Positions 1-12,538 of a stretch of DNA of 64,000 bases are shown here, piece by piece. Source of the DNA: Mobula hypostoma (taxonomy: Eukaryota); assembly GCF_963921235.1 (NCBI RefSeq), contig NC_086109.1:23190001-23254000 (forward strand), read 5' to 3'. A model generated the notes under the pieces. The model searched no databases. It saw nothing but the letters and a program-made list of their open reading frames with translations, and was not told the DNA's origin. The position numbers and the translations under genes are program-made. How positions within the stretch are numbered: the first letter of the stretch is position 1; every line of letters starts with the position of its first letter.

Positions 1-777
1 AGTGTATGATCATGCACTTTGGTAGAAGGAATAAAGGCATAGGCTATTTTCTAAATGGGGAGAAAATTCAAAAATCAGAGGTGCAAGGGGAGTTGGGAGT
101 CCTTATGCAGGATTCCCTTCAGGTTAACTTGCAGGTTGAGTTAGTGGTAAGGAAGGCAAATGCAAGGTCAGCATCCATTTTGCGAGGACTAGAATATAAG
201 AGCAAGGATGCAATGCTGAGGCTTTATAAGGCACTGGTCAGACTGGAGTTAGGGTACTGTGAGCAGTTTTGGGCCCCTTATCTAAAAGATGTGCCGGCAT
301 TAGGAGGTTCCAGAGGAGGTTCATGAGAATAATTCCAGGAATGAATGGCAATGAGGAGCATTTGATGGCTCTGGCTCTTACTCTCTGAGTTTAGAAGAAT
401 GAGGAGAGATCTCATTAATACCTATTTAATACTGGAAGGTCTGGATAGAGTGGGAGTAGGGAAGATGTTTCCTCCCGTGGGGGAGTCTAAATCTGGAGGG
501 CACAGCCTCAGACCAGAGGGACGTCCATTTACAACAGAGACTAGGAGGAATTCCATTAGCCAGAGGATGGTGAATCGGTGGAATTCATTACCACAGGCAG
601 CTGCGGAGGCCAAGTCATTGAGTATATTTAAAGCAGAGGGTGATAGACTCTTGATTAGTCAGAATCTCAAGGTTTACAGGGAGAAGTCAGGAGATAATTA
701 ATCAGCCATGATGGAATAGCAGAGCATACCTGATTGGCTGAATAGCCTAATTCTGCTCCTATGTATTTTGGTCTTTT
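1..777 (+). mobile_element. CR1 LINE 3' fragment (ORF2 C-terminus and 3' UTR), degenerate
   Basis: ORFs 6-326 and 399-701 carry CR1 motifs (MHFGRRN, LYKALVR.ELGYCEQFWAP, RRDLI.TY.IL.GLDRV, GHSL, WNSLP). Conserved 3' end GCTGAATAGCCTAATTCTGCTCCTAT. Confidence 0.9.
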
Positions 778-879
778 GATACAGTAGTCCATTTGACTGG
801 CACACTGTCAATAGCCCTAAAATTTCTTTCACTGCTATACCACAGCAGCAGTATGTACCCTCTGTCCTGCTTGGGCTAC

Positions 880-1210
880 CCTTGAGACACGACCTCTACC
901 GCAAGGAAGCAGGTGAATGCAAAGGTTACCAACTTTCCTCCACAGGCTCTCAGACTGCCCACCATCCCAACTTGGAATACGTCGCTGTTCCTTTACTGTT
1001 GCCTGTTCTCACGGACAGAAATCCCTGAACTACAGCATTGTTGAAGTATCTTCATGAGCACCACAGCAGTGTTTTATGTAGGTAGCCCACCACCTTCTCA
1101 AGAACACTATCAAGAACAGACAGAGCAAGATATGAATTCTGCAGTTTAGAAGTTCCAGGAAATAAATGCTAGCTTTGCCAGTGATGTCCACATCCTGAAA
1201 AAAATGAATG
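880..1210 (+). mobile_element. Old L2/CR1-group LINE 3' remnant
   Basis: Tail CACCACCTTCTCAAG...AATAAATGCTAGCTTTGCCAGTGATGTCCACATCC. Related diverged copies occur at ~33700-34260 and ~40600-40760. Confidence 0.55.
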
Positions 1211-1309
1211 CATATGAAGTACTATCTATGAAAGTAATCATGATTACTTAATCATAATCCATATTTGCAACAAGACTTACACTAATGTATACACACTTTG
1301 GATGCTAAC

Positions 1310-1480
1310 CTTGCAGAATTATCATTTGAAATTGAGCCAGTCATAGGATAAATACTTCTTGCACAGATTATGTTTTTCCACAAAGCCTGCAATGTCCAAA
1401 GCCAGGAGTAATTAAAAGAGTCGACATCCTGCCAAGTCCAAATCATAATTTTCCCTAAACAGCTGAGGCCTGCACCAAAT
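1310..1480 (-). CDS. Candidate internal coding exon of an unidentified host gene (171 nt, symmetric)
   Basis: Acceptor ttttgtttatttag|ATT and donor AAG|gttagc bound a stop-free frame: FGAGLSCLGKIMIWTWQDVDSFNYSWLWTLQALWKNIICARSIYPMTGSISNDNSA. Context is non-repetitive. The peptide was not recognised. Confidence 0.3.
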
Positions 1481-2416
1481 CTAAATAAACAAAAGCACAT
1501 GACACTTTTTGCCAAGTAATACTAGAGAAAAGCTTTGTCAATGCAGTTAGCCAAGGAACGAGGGCTCATCTAATCACATATTAGGGGGTGGGAATGCTGG
1601 AGCTGGGTACAATCTGCCTGTCTGGATAATACTATCTGTATTGCACTGACAAAGCAAGGGTTATATTATAATGATTCGCTAAAACGAGCCTTTGGCTGAT
1701 CTGTCCATAGGTTACCTCTCATGCAAATAGGGACCTCAGTAGATAATCAGAGAGCAACGATGTAATTGAGCACAAGTCTGACAGCAGGCTTAAAGTAGTA
1801 AATTAAAGGCTCGTGTTCCACACTGCTTCATAATTTAAAAATCAAATTCAACTTTAGAAGGGAGGCAAATCAGGTGATAAATAAGCATGATGAATTTTTC
1901 TATATTGTAGCAGGATTTGCAAACTATCCTTCAAGGAGAAGAGACCACATTTGAACTGGACTAAGAATGGAGAGAGTGGGAAGTTCAGACTGGGAACAGT
2001 AGAGCTTACAATCAACACTAGAATGGGAAGCTACTTGGAACTTATTAAATGATGAGAGAAAGAATCCAATTTTCACAGTTACTCAAATATATCATGTTTA
2101 TATTTGCAATGGGTTAAATGAGGCAAAGGCACATATCTGCATATTTACCAAGCGCAAACATCCCCTATGTGATTTTATTTTGCTTAAATGCAAATCTCTC
2201 AAGTGGTAAATGGCATCATTTGGCACCGATTTGGGTGTTTTGAGTACTCATTTACACTTTGGGATTTGGTATCATGGGCTATACCGTCATTCACTTCCCA
2301 TCCCTAATTGCCCTCAAGAATGCCATCAGCTTGTACTGCACAACTACAGTCCTACAGTGAAAGAATCCCACAATATTGGAGGGAAGGGAAGCCAGGATTT
2401 ACACCGTGCAATTATA

Positions 2417-2992
2417 AATAGACAATAGACAATAGGTGCAGGAGTAGGCCATTCGGCCCTTCGAGCCAGCACCGCCATTCACTGTGATCATGGCTGATCA
2501 TCCACAATCAGTACCCTTTTCCTGCCTTCTCCCCATATCCCTTGACTCCGCTATCTTTAAGAGCTCTATCTAACTCTTTCTTGAAAGAATCCAGAGAATT
2601 GCCCTCCACTGCCTTCTGAGGCAGAGCATTCCACAGATCCACAACCCTCTGTGTGAAAAAGTTTTACCTCAACTCCGTTCTAAATGGTCTACCCCTCATT
2701 CTTAAACTGTGGCCTCTGGTTCTGGACTCCCCCAACATCGGGAACATGTTTCCTGCCTCTAGCATGTTCAATCGCTTAATAATCTTATATATTTCAATCG
2801 GATCCCCTCTCAGCCTTCTAAATTCCAGTGCATACAAGCCCAGTTGCTCCAATCTTTCAACATATGACATTCCCGCCATCCCTGGAATTAACCCAGTGAA
2901 CCTACGCTGCACTCCCTCCATAGCAAGAATGTCCTTCCTCAAATTTGGAGACCAAAACTACACACATCCAGGTGGGGTCTCACCAGGGCCTT
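2417..2992 (-). mobile_element. CR1 LINE 3' fragment, fairly young
   Basis: ORF 2664-2942 (RKDILAMEGVQRRFT..IPGM.G.SY.ERL..LGLY.LE.RRLRGD...RTRGHSL). Tail (GACAATA)n on the + strand. Confidence 0.92.
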
Positions 2993-3495
2993 GTGAGGAA
3001 ATGGAAGGCAGCCTGAATAAACGGTAGCAGCAGAAGTCCTCATCACCATTAAAAGGTATTCCTCACTCTTCTCTCTATGGCACTGAGGCAATGAAGATTG
3101 CCCCGGTTGCTATGCTCAGTGACACCAATATGATGAACTGATAAGTAAGGTTTTGGGCCTACTCCGGGCTGCTCCAGGGTCTGGATCTGAGGATTCAATT
3201 TGGTCCAGAATGTTGTTGTTAGCTTCAATTGTTTGTATGACTTGTATTTTTTTTCTTTCTCTTGCGCATCAAGTATTGACCTTTTATTTTTATTCTTTTT
3301 CTTTACTTGGGTCCTTTCAGGTTTCTTGCTTTGTGGCTCCCTGTGAGCAAGCAAAATTCAAGGTTGTATAATATATATTTTCTTTGATAATAAATGAACT
3401 TGAATCTACTTGGATGAGCTTATGTAGACCTGTATTGTCTCTGACTGACAACCAAGTCAGGAAATGGGTTTAATATAGATGGGCATCTCCAAGAG

Positions 3496-3720
3496 GATCA
3501 CAACCTTATCATAGGGTTTGGAGGCTTGCGTATCTCAATGACCCATGTTGGCTGGAGTCAAGACTTTATATATTGGCTCTTGGGAAGGTCACACATTCCA
3601 AAGAGGTCAAAGGGTAGAGGCCGGACTAAGAGTGGTCCACTGGTCCCCAAAGTTCAGGGGTTCAGCTCACGGCCAACAACCCTAACTGGTAAAACAAAAT
3701 TATTATGGAAACCGCATATA
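3496..3720 (+). mobile_element. RTE/BovB-type 5' UTR-like short element
   Basis: GGATCACAACCTTATC...GGCTTGCGTATCTCAATGA...GGACTAAGAGTGGTCCACTGG resembles, from memory, RTE/BovB/Expander 5' ends. No ORF follows. Confidence 0.5.
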
Positions 3721-4619
3721 GGAATCCTTCTATGTCTGTATGTAACAGTATTTGATTTAATTACTTGAAGTAGTCACAAAACATACTGATGACGGCAGTG
3801 TGGTTCATGCAGTACACGTACACTTCAGTAAGGTCTTTGACTAAAACAACAAACCATCTGCCGGAGAAACTCGGCAGATTGAGCAGCATCTGAGAAAGGA
3901 ACCCAGCATCTGCAGTCTCTTATGTCTCTAAGCCTTTGATTAGGTTCCACATGGCAGATTGGTCTAAAAGGTTATAGTGCAGAGGATTCAAGGCAAGCTG
4001 GCAGATTAGAACCAAAATAGGATATACAGAACCTAGGACTTCAGAGTAATTTGAGAAATGACTTAAAGCTAAGGCTTTGAAACTAACCATCTGGATGACA
4101 GACAAATAAAAGCAATACTCCTGCACGATAATCACACGTAAAGAACAGCCTAGAAATGAATGGTGCATGTGATCATTTTAGAAAATTGACTGGAGATATT
4201 TAAACAACAAAAAGAATGCAAGTTCAACCTAGTACAACACAAACAACTAGACTGCAGGAAGAGCTGAGGCTGGGTATAATTGAAGTCCTTGGTGAACCCA
4301 ATGACATGTTTTGTACAATGTACTATGATGTCAGCAGTTAAAATAAGAAAGTGAGAAGCAAAAAAAAAAGGCAGTCTAAATCTTCAGGGAGAAGGTTAGA
4401 ATAGTAAGTCTTCCATTTATAAAACTCTCACACATTCTTTTTAGGTCATTCCCAAAGTATATTCCAGTCTGTGAAGTACTTTTGAAGTGCCTCAGCAACA
4501 CAGGAAATGTTAGTCTATTGTGCAGCTTCATTTAAGATAATGCCTTTGGTGGTTCTTTGGTGGCTCTATCTGTTCTCACTCTGAAGTTTCTGTATTTATG
4601 TTCTACTAATCGGCTAATC

Positions 4620-6092
4620 TACTAGCTGAAGTGTTCACTGATATCTTTACCCTCACTTCGTCACCCACCTGCTTCAAGGAGGGTTTAATTACACCAGTGC
4701 CCAAGAAGAACATGGTAGCCTGGCTCAATCACCATCTTCCAGCAGCACTTACATCAACTGTGATGAACTGCTTTGAGAGGATGGTGATGAAACAAACTCC
4801 TATCTGAGGAGCAACTTGGATCTGCTCCAATTTGCCTGCCGTCATAGCTGTTCAACAGCAGATGCCTCTTCACTGGCTCTGCACTCAACCTTGGAACATC
4901 TAGACAGTGAAGATGCATATATCACCATGTCTTTCATTGACTACAGCTCAGCATTTAATACAATGGTCCATTCAAAACTAATTAGTAAACTCCAAGACCT
5001 AGGCCTCAATAACTCCTTCTGCAACTAGATCTTCAATTTCCTCACTTGCAGACCCCAGGCAGTGCAGATTGATGACATCTCCTCCACAATCACATCAGTA
5101 TAGGTGCACCACAAGTCTGTGTACTTAGCTCCCTGCTCTACTCACCTTATACTTATGACTGTGAGGTTAAGCATAGCTTCAATGCTACACTGAAGTTGGC
5201 TGATGACACCATTGTCATTAGCCGAATCAAAGGGAGATTGTAAATCTGGCTGAATGGTGTCACAACAGCAACCTCTCACTCAACGTCAGCAAGACCAAAG
5301 AGACGATTATTGACTATAGGAGGAGGAAACCAGTGGTCCATGAACCAGTCCTCATCAGGGGATAAGAGGTGGAGAGGGTGAGCAACTTCAAAATCCTTGG
5401 TGTTATCATTTCAGAGGATCTGTCCTGGGTCCAAAACATAATGTCATTACAAAGAAGACACAACAGTACCTCTACATTCTTAGAAGCTTGCGAAGATTCA
5501 ACATGTTATCTAAAACTTTGGGAAACTTCCACAGATGCACAGAGGAGAGTATATTGACTGCTTGGACTATGGCCTGGTACAGAAACACCAATGCTCTTGA
5601 CTGGAAAAGCCTACAAAAAGAAGTGGATACAGCCCAGTCCATCACAGATAAAGACCTCCCCACCTTTGAGCACATCTACAAGGAGCGCTGTCACAGAAAA
5701 GCAGCATCCATCATCAAGGAAATCCAACATGCTCTCTTCTAGCAACAGGAAGGAGATACAGGAGACTCAAGACTCATACCACCAGGTTCAGAAACAGTAA
5801 TTACCTCTCAAGCATCAGGCTCTTAAACCCAACTCCACTCACCTCAGCACTGAACTGATCCCACAACCTTTAGACTCACTTTCAAGAACTCTTCAACTCA
5901 TGTTCTTGATATTTATTGCTTATCTATATATTATTTTGTACTCTCACAGTCTTGTGCACATTGGTTGTTGATCATATTTGTTGTGTGTGGATTTTCCTTG
6001 ATTCTATCATGTTTATATGTATTTACTGTGAATGCCCACAGGGTAGTACATGGTGACCATCAATTTGATGATAATAAATATGCTTACTTTGA
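4620..6092 (+). mobile_element. Rex1/Babar-type LINE, 5'-truncated and degenerate (RT to 3' tail)
   Basis: Frameshifted RT motifs: ALTSTVMNCFER, LQFACR, FIDYSSAFNT, GAPQ, KLADDT, NFKILGV.ISEDLSW, ESILT. AATAAA tail. Confidence 0.85.
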
Positions 6093-7110
6093 CATTACTC
6101 CAACAAAGCTCTCCTAGTACTCAATACCAAGTTAAACAACTTCAGATAGTTAGCTTTTCTTGAGTTTGGAGTTAGCTGCAGCATTTACCCAATTTTAACA
6201 CTTCACAGATACAATCTAATCTGCTGCATATTTCTGACAGTCACTGTGTTCTGCATTTTAGTTCCAGCAAATTAATTTTCTTTCTCTACTGCCCGCATTC
6301 ACTTACACTCCATCAGCTCTCTCGCTTGGGTGGCATCAAATGCAATGACATCACAAAGAAAACCTTGATCTCCACTCTATCACACACAATCCTTTATTCT
6401 TTCTACCACCCCCCACCCCATACCTATCTGCAACACAAATCATGCTCCTGTAATCGCTCTATTAGTTCTGAAGGGCCATTCATACAAAACATCAATTCAG
6501 TTTCTCTTTCCACAGGTATTGCCTCACCTGCTGAGTATTCTTTGAACTTTATGCTTTTATTTCAGAAAAAATTAATGTCTTACTGTTAGAAATATTAGCC
6601 CAATTGATTAAATGGTCTCTTTCTATCCTGCTTTTTCTATTTTTTTCTGTCAATATTGATGGCTTCACAATTTTTCACAAGGAACTCCATCTACCACTTT
6701 CTCTTGAAATCCCTCTGCAATCGATTTCACAGCTTACTGCTTCATTTTGTACAAGTAGCAGACTTAGTCATAATACACCCAAATATCTCATCCAAATCTT
6801 TGATAAAGATTACAAACTACAAGGGATTCACTTAGAATCTCTGAAGTGCCTCAACGGTCAGAACCTGGGCAACCAGATGTGACTAGCTTATTCCATATCT
6901 GTTTTCTGTCTGTTAGCCAGTCCTCAATCCACAACAGAGTATTAACCCCTATGAAACATGCTCAAGTTTTGTTTATTAATCTCTAACATTAAATATCAAA
7001 GGCCTTCTAAAAATCCAAAATACTGTACATCCAGTTCACTTTGACTTATTCTACTAGTTACAACCCAAAGAAATTCTAACAGATTTGTCATAGAATTAGA
7101 ATCATTACAA

Positions 7111-8346
7111 CAGGGGTCCCCAACCTTTTTTACAACGCCGACCGGTTTATTATTGCAATATTCTTGCGGACCGACCGACCCCCGGGGGGCGGGGGGGGGA
7201 GGTGGGCGGTAGGGTTGCCAACGGACAAGAGTAGCTATCAAGTACATTGTGATTACCCCTAGTAAGACTACAATGACCACGAAGCCTTGTGCGGGCACCA
7301 GTGCGCATGCGTGACTTGAGCATATGTGTACATGCCAATTTTTTTCTACAAATCATTTTCAGCAATTCAGTTCGGGGGGGGGGTGTTAATCACAACCGGA
7401 ATATAGGTGATAAGTGGCTAATACACTCAATTTCATTTCTAAAAGGGTTTATCTGACGAATTTAATATTAAACACACAGCGCATATTTTCCTCGCATGAA
7501 TATAGTGATAAGTCAATTATCAGGGGAGGGCAGGGGAGCTTGAAGTAAGTGTTGAACGAACTTCCAGTAGAAGTGGTAGAGGCAGGTTCAATATTATCAT
7601 TTAAAGAAAAATTGGACAGGTATATGGACAGGAAAGGAATGGAGGGTTATGGGCTGAGTGCAGATCGGTGGGACTAGGTGAGAGTAGCGTTCAGCACGGA
7701 CTAGAAGGGCAGAGATGGCCTGTTTCCGTGCTGTAATTGTTATATGGTTATATAAGTCACTTATAAATCAATAGCATCATAACATTTTAAGTAACGTTTG
7801 GATATTAAACACACAGCACATATTTTCCCCATATGAACATATAAAATCATTGCAACACACCAATATCGCTGAATCAGTGGGAGCCCTGGGCTTGTTTCCC
7901 TGCAACAAGATGGTCCCATCAAGGGGTGATGGGAGACAGCGATACTCGAAGGGGGTTCCTTATGTCCAGTCTATTCTGCAATTTAGTTTTGTTGCATTCA
8001 TTGCAGAGATATGTTGGAAATGGAAGCAACGTTTTCAGTGCTTTCGTGGCTATCTCAGAATATTTAGCCTTGACTTTGATCCAGAATGCCGGCAGAGATG
8101 TTATGTCAAACATACTTTTCAGCCCACCGTCATTTGCAAGCTCAAGGAGTTGATCTCCTTCCCGTGCTGACATGGATGACGCATGAGTAATGACCTCGCA
8201 TGCGTAATGACCTCGCGTATGTTCAAGCTCAACAGTGGGCGTGACAGGGAACGAGAAAAGGTGCAGCTGACTCCTATCGCCAAATCATATCGTCTCCTCG
8301 CGGCCCGGTAGCACATGCTTTGCAGCCCGGTGGTTGGGGACCGCTG
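7111..8346 (-). mobile_element. hAT (Charlie-like) DNA transposon, internally deleted, with TIRs and 8-bp TSD
   Basis: TIRs CAGGGGTCCCCAACC (7111-7125) and GGTTGGGGACCGCTG (8332-8346) match at 14/15. Exact TSD CATTACAA at 7103-7110 and 8347-8354. ORF 7919-8173(-) is a hAT C-terminal dimerisation remnant (FWIKVKAKYSEIATKALKTLLPFPTYLC). Confidence 0.93.
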
Positions 8347-8834
8347 CATTACAACATGTAAAAAGGTCCCCCAGCCCAATTTATACATGCCAAACTAATT
8401 TTCCTTTCCAAATTCTAGACTGATTCTGTAAAAATATTACCAGTTTCCAAGTGCCCTGTCACAATTTTCATGATTATAGATTCTACTATTTCTCTTGCCT
8501 TGATGTCAGGCTAACTATCTATTGTAAAACATACAAAATGCTGGAGGAAATATCTATTGTTTTCTTCCTTCTTCTTCTTAAGTAATGGATTGTAGACATC
8601 AAATGCAAGTAGACACATTTATAATCTAAGATATCAGGAGTGTTGTGGTCTTGTGGTCTAAAACTTCGAGTGTACCCTAATGGGTTTGTGTATGATAGGC
8701 ATGGCAGTAGGTTCCAACTACTATCTGATTCATTGGCTGGTACCCAAGACCCAGAGTTTCTGCCACAAACAACTGGGCATTGCACGTCTGTAAGTTCGAA
8801 AGTTTGCTGCCTGGTCCTTCAATGCAATATGGCA

Positions 8835-9690
8835 ACTTCTGGTTTAAGATGGCACCTCAGAATTCATGTGACAGCTTACTGGTAGTTCAAAAGGCAAGAA
8901 ATTCACAAGAAACATTACTGATAACACCTTTCTTTTTTGAAGTAAATTGTGGCAAATTATCTCTGCAAACAACGAAGAGGCAAGCAAAGGTGAAGCGAAT
9001 TCGATGGATGAGCCTTGCTGGTACGTTGAAGAATCAACGCAGATGAGATGAGCCATTTGGAGAGAGGTTGAGGCAGTGGAGTTTTGTTACCCATACGACT
9101 GGCCCGGATGCAAGGTTGGATCGCTCTAGGTGATGAGACGATTTGGAAAAATCGAGAGCAGATTCTGGCTGGCCGGTGAAATATAGGCCCAGAGTGAGTT
9201 GTTACGTGTTGTGTTCTAGGCCCGGAGCCTTTCACTACAGCGGTGCCCAGGTCCTAGTGAGAGGTACAATATGTTATTTGGACAATTTAAACGCTGGCCC
9301 AAATAGACTGGAAAGATATCATTCGCTCTCCCGTGATATTCACTCCTTTCTCCATGATGCTGAGGATATGAAGGCTGCCTCATCTGCTGTGCACCATGCC
9401 CCCAATATGATAAATTGAGACCAAGGCTTTGGGCCTATTCCAGGCTGCTTCAATTTTTGGATCCAAGCAGTCTTTTTGGTTCAGAACGTTGTAGCTTACT
9501 GCTATTGTTTGCATTATTTGTGGGTTCCCCCCCCCCCCATTCCTCTGCACATCAGATGTTGGTCTTCATTTTCTTTTATTTTAAAATGGGATCTTTCCGG
9601 TTTCTTGCTTTGTGGCTGCCTATAAGCAAAACAAATTAAGGTTGTATAATTTATACATTATTTGATAATAATGTACTTTGGAATTTTGAA
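8835..9690 (+). mobile_element. Non-autonomous retroelement with a Rex1-like tail
   Basis: Starts ACTTCTGGTTTAAGATGGC. Its 3' end (TTTCTTGCTTTGTGGCTGCC...AAGGTTGTATAATTTATACATT.TTTGATAATAA) recurs at ~3230-3405 and ~31880-32050. Confidence 0.55.
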
Positions 9691-10029
9691 TTATGATAGC
9701 CGTGAGCCAAAGACCTAGATTAGGAAAGAAAAATATAATCAGTGAGGAAAGGACAAATAAACAGATTTGAAGAGTGTGACGAGATGACCAACTTGGATGG
9801 ATGGATTGTAGGGAGGTCAGCAATGAATAGGGAGTAGTGGGAGGAAGTCAGTGTAGAATGGCAGAGTGAGGGGATGTTAAGGCTGAAGGATAAAAGCAAA
9901 ATTAATTGATGAGAATAGAAAAGGGAGCCAGCCAGTATAAAAAGCCTAGAGGGAGAGGTGAGGCAGGGGCAGGCAGGTGAGAGGTGGCAACAGATAAGGG
10001 CAAGAGCGAGCATAGCAAAATGCTCGCTG

Positions 10030-11070
10030 ATGCATCCTGCATCAGCAAGGTCTCTCCCAAGCAGAAATTTTGTTCCAGACAGGAGTCTGAAGATGTGTTG
10101 GCCAAGCTCTTCTGAAGAAACACAAAGAACTAGGCAAGGTTGAGGACCAGAAACACAGTGGGTGGCCATAGAAACTGAGTGCAGAAGATGAAAGATACAT
10201 CAAATGGACGTTCATTCTGAATTGGAAGTAGTCCAGCACTGCTATCAGCTCTGAACTCATATAAACCACTGGAACCCAAGAACATCCCTCTACATCTATG
10301 CACAAAAACACACGGACGGGATGCTGAACAATGGCAGCTGGTGCTCTGGACTGATGAGTCAAAATGTGAATTTTTTGGCTCAAACAGGAGGCAGTTTCTC
10401 TACAGAACAGCTGGAGATTGCTACATGGAGGAGTGTCTGCCGCCAACAGTGAAGCACAATGGAGTTTCCCCCGCAGGTTTGGGGCTGTGTTTCTGCAAAT
10501 GGAGTTGGTGATCTGGTCTGAATTAATGGAATTCTCAATGCTGAGAAGTACTAGCAGATTCTCATCCATCATGCAGTACCATCAGAAAGGCATCTGATTG
10601 GTCCCAACTTCATTCTGCAGCAGGACAACGACCCCAAACACATGGCCAAGGTCATAAAGAACTAATTTCAGTGAAAAGAAGAACAAAGAGTTCTGCAATG
10701 GATGGCATGGCCTCCACAGAGCTCTGATCTCAACATCATCGAGGCTGTCTGGGATTACCCGGAGAGAAGCAAGTGAGACAGCCGAAGTCTGCAGAAGATC
10801 TGTGGCAAGTTCTCCAAGATGCTTGAATAAACCTACCAGCCAATTTTCTTATAAAACTGCACAACAGTGTACCTAAGAGAATTGATGCAGTTTTATAGGT
10901 AAAGGGTGATCACGCCAAATATTAACTTAATTTAGTTACTTTTTTTTTACTGTTTACTGCTCTTTATAGTGATTTTTTTGATATTTAAAAACTTTTCCTT
11001 TCATTATTTTTGAAAGCATCTTTGCATTACAGAACTTTTTTACGTGTGCTAAAACTTTTGCACAGTACTG
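10030..11070 (+). mobile_element. Tc1-superfamily DNA transposon fossil with DD38E spacing (Intruder-like); left end missing
   Basis: Broken translation gives an HTH region (LHQQGLSQAEI...LLKKHKE...SGWP*KLSAEDERYIK), then WTDESK (D at 10353), TVKH, VWG, QQDNDPKH (D at 10624) and WPPQSSDLNIIE (E at 10741). Right end ACTTTTGCACAGTACTG is followed by TA. Confidence 0.9.
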
Positions 11071-12538
11071 TAGAGCTTACATATCGATGTTGAGGAGTTA
11101 AATTTAAGACAACGTGAACATACCCTCTCTTTAGCTTGTCCGCAATTCCCGGGGGTGAGCAGGAATTCTCAATTCCACCCCGGCTTGATTTTTCTGAACA
11201 GCTGAGAATTGGGAGTCTCTGTACTTCGATTGCAGTTCCTGGCTGCTAATCGCATCTGCTTTTCATTAAAATTCCAATGGATTCCTGAATGCATGCGTTT
11301 AAGAAACCTTCTCTGCACTTGTGAGTGCATGCGCTGGCCAGAAGCTCTTGTCAGTGAATTTTTCTCTTTCGCTGTACAAATACCACAGATGCTGTAACCC
11401 TGGAGTCTAACAAATGGGAGGGAGTGCAAACATCTGGAATGAATCAATGAACCCTTCCTGCCTTTGGTGATGGGGGAGGGGGAACATATGGTATAGTGAT
11501 TCAACCAGAACAAAATAAAGGGGAAACCATGGAGGGAAGGACTGGAACAGTGGCTCTTTTATACGTAGAGAATTTCACTCTTTCTTCGAAAGGATGACTG
11601 CAGTTCTTTTTTTTAAAAAAAAGCTTTTTATTTACCTCAAGATTTTTATGGGGCATACATTAGCATCAGAAACATATAAGCAATAAAACATACATTGGTT
11701 TATATATGGAGGGGGTCAGTTTAGAGGAAGGAGAATTTATCAGATCGACAATAAGGTACAGAAGTTAAGAGTCCTCCATACTTTTCACTCAATTATCAAA
11801 GAAACTTTTTTTTTAATGGAGGTTTATTTAAAACACATTGATAACAGAACATCTTTTGTTAGGCAATCCGCTCAAGATCGAGGATGATGGGTTTCCACTC
11901 CAGTTATGTGGGCTTAGAGGCGGCTGATAAAGCCAATTTGAGAGTTGCTCAAGTTGGAGAGGCTGGTGGGTTGGTGGTACATAAGGACCTTAAGCACTCA
12001 CCAGAAGCACTCCTTCTATGCTCAGCCTCCCAGTGCTTCTAATGAACGTCAAACTCGTTCATGGGGTGGCACTGTAGTGTTGCAGTTAGCGGAATTCTAT
12101 TACAATGCCAACAACCTGGGTTCTATTCCACAAACATCTGCAAGGAGTTTGTATACTTGGGGGCGCCGCAGTTGAGTTGCAGTCAGCGCGGTGTTATTAT
12201 AGCTTGGAGCGTCCGAGTTTGGTGTTCAATTCCGGCGCTGTCCGGCATGATTTTGTACATTCTCCACCTCACCGCATGGATTTCCTCTGGGTGCTCCAGT
12301 TTCCTCCCACAGTCCAACAACGTACCAGTTAGTAGGTTAATTGGTCATTATAAATTCTCCTGTGAATAGGCGAGGGTTAAATAGGTGGGTTACTGGGCAT
12401 TGCTGCTTGTTGGGTTGGAAGACCATGTTCCATGCTATATCTCTAAATAAATAAACAAAGTCTCCCTGTGACTGCATGGGTTTCCTCTCGGTTCTCCAGT
12501 TTCTTCTCACATTCCAAAGATGTATGGGTTAGTAAGTT

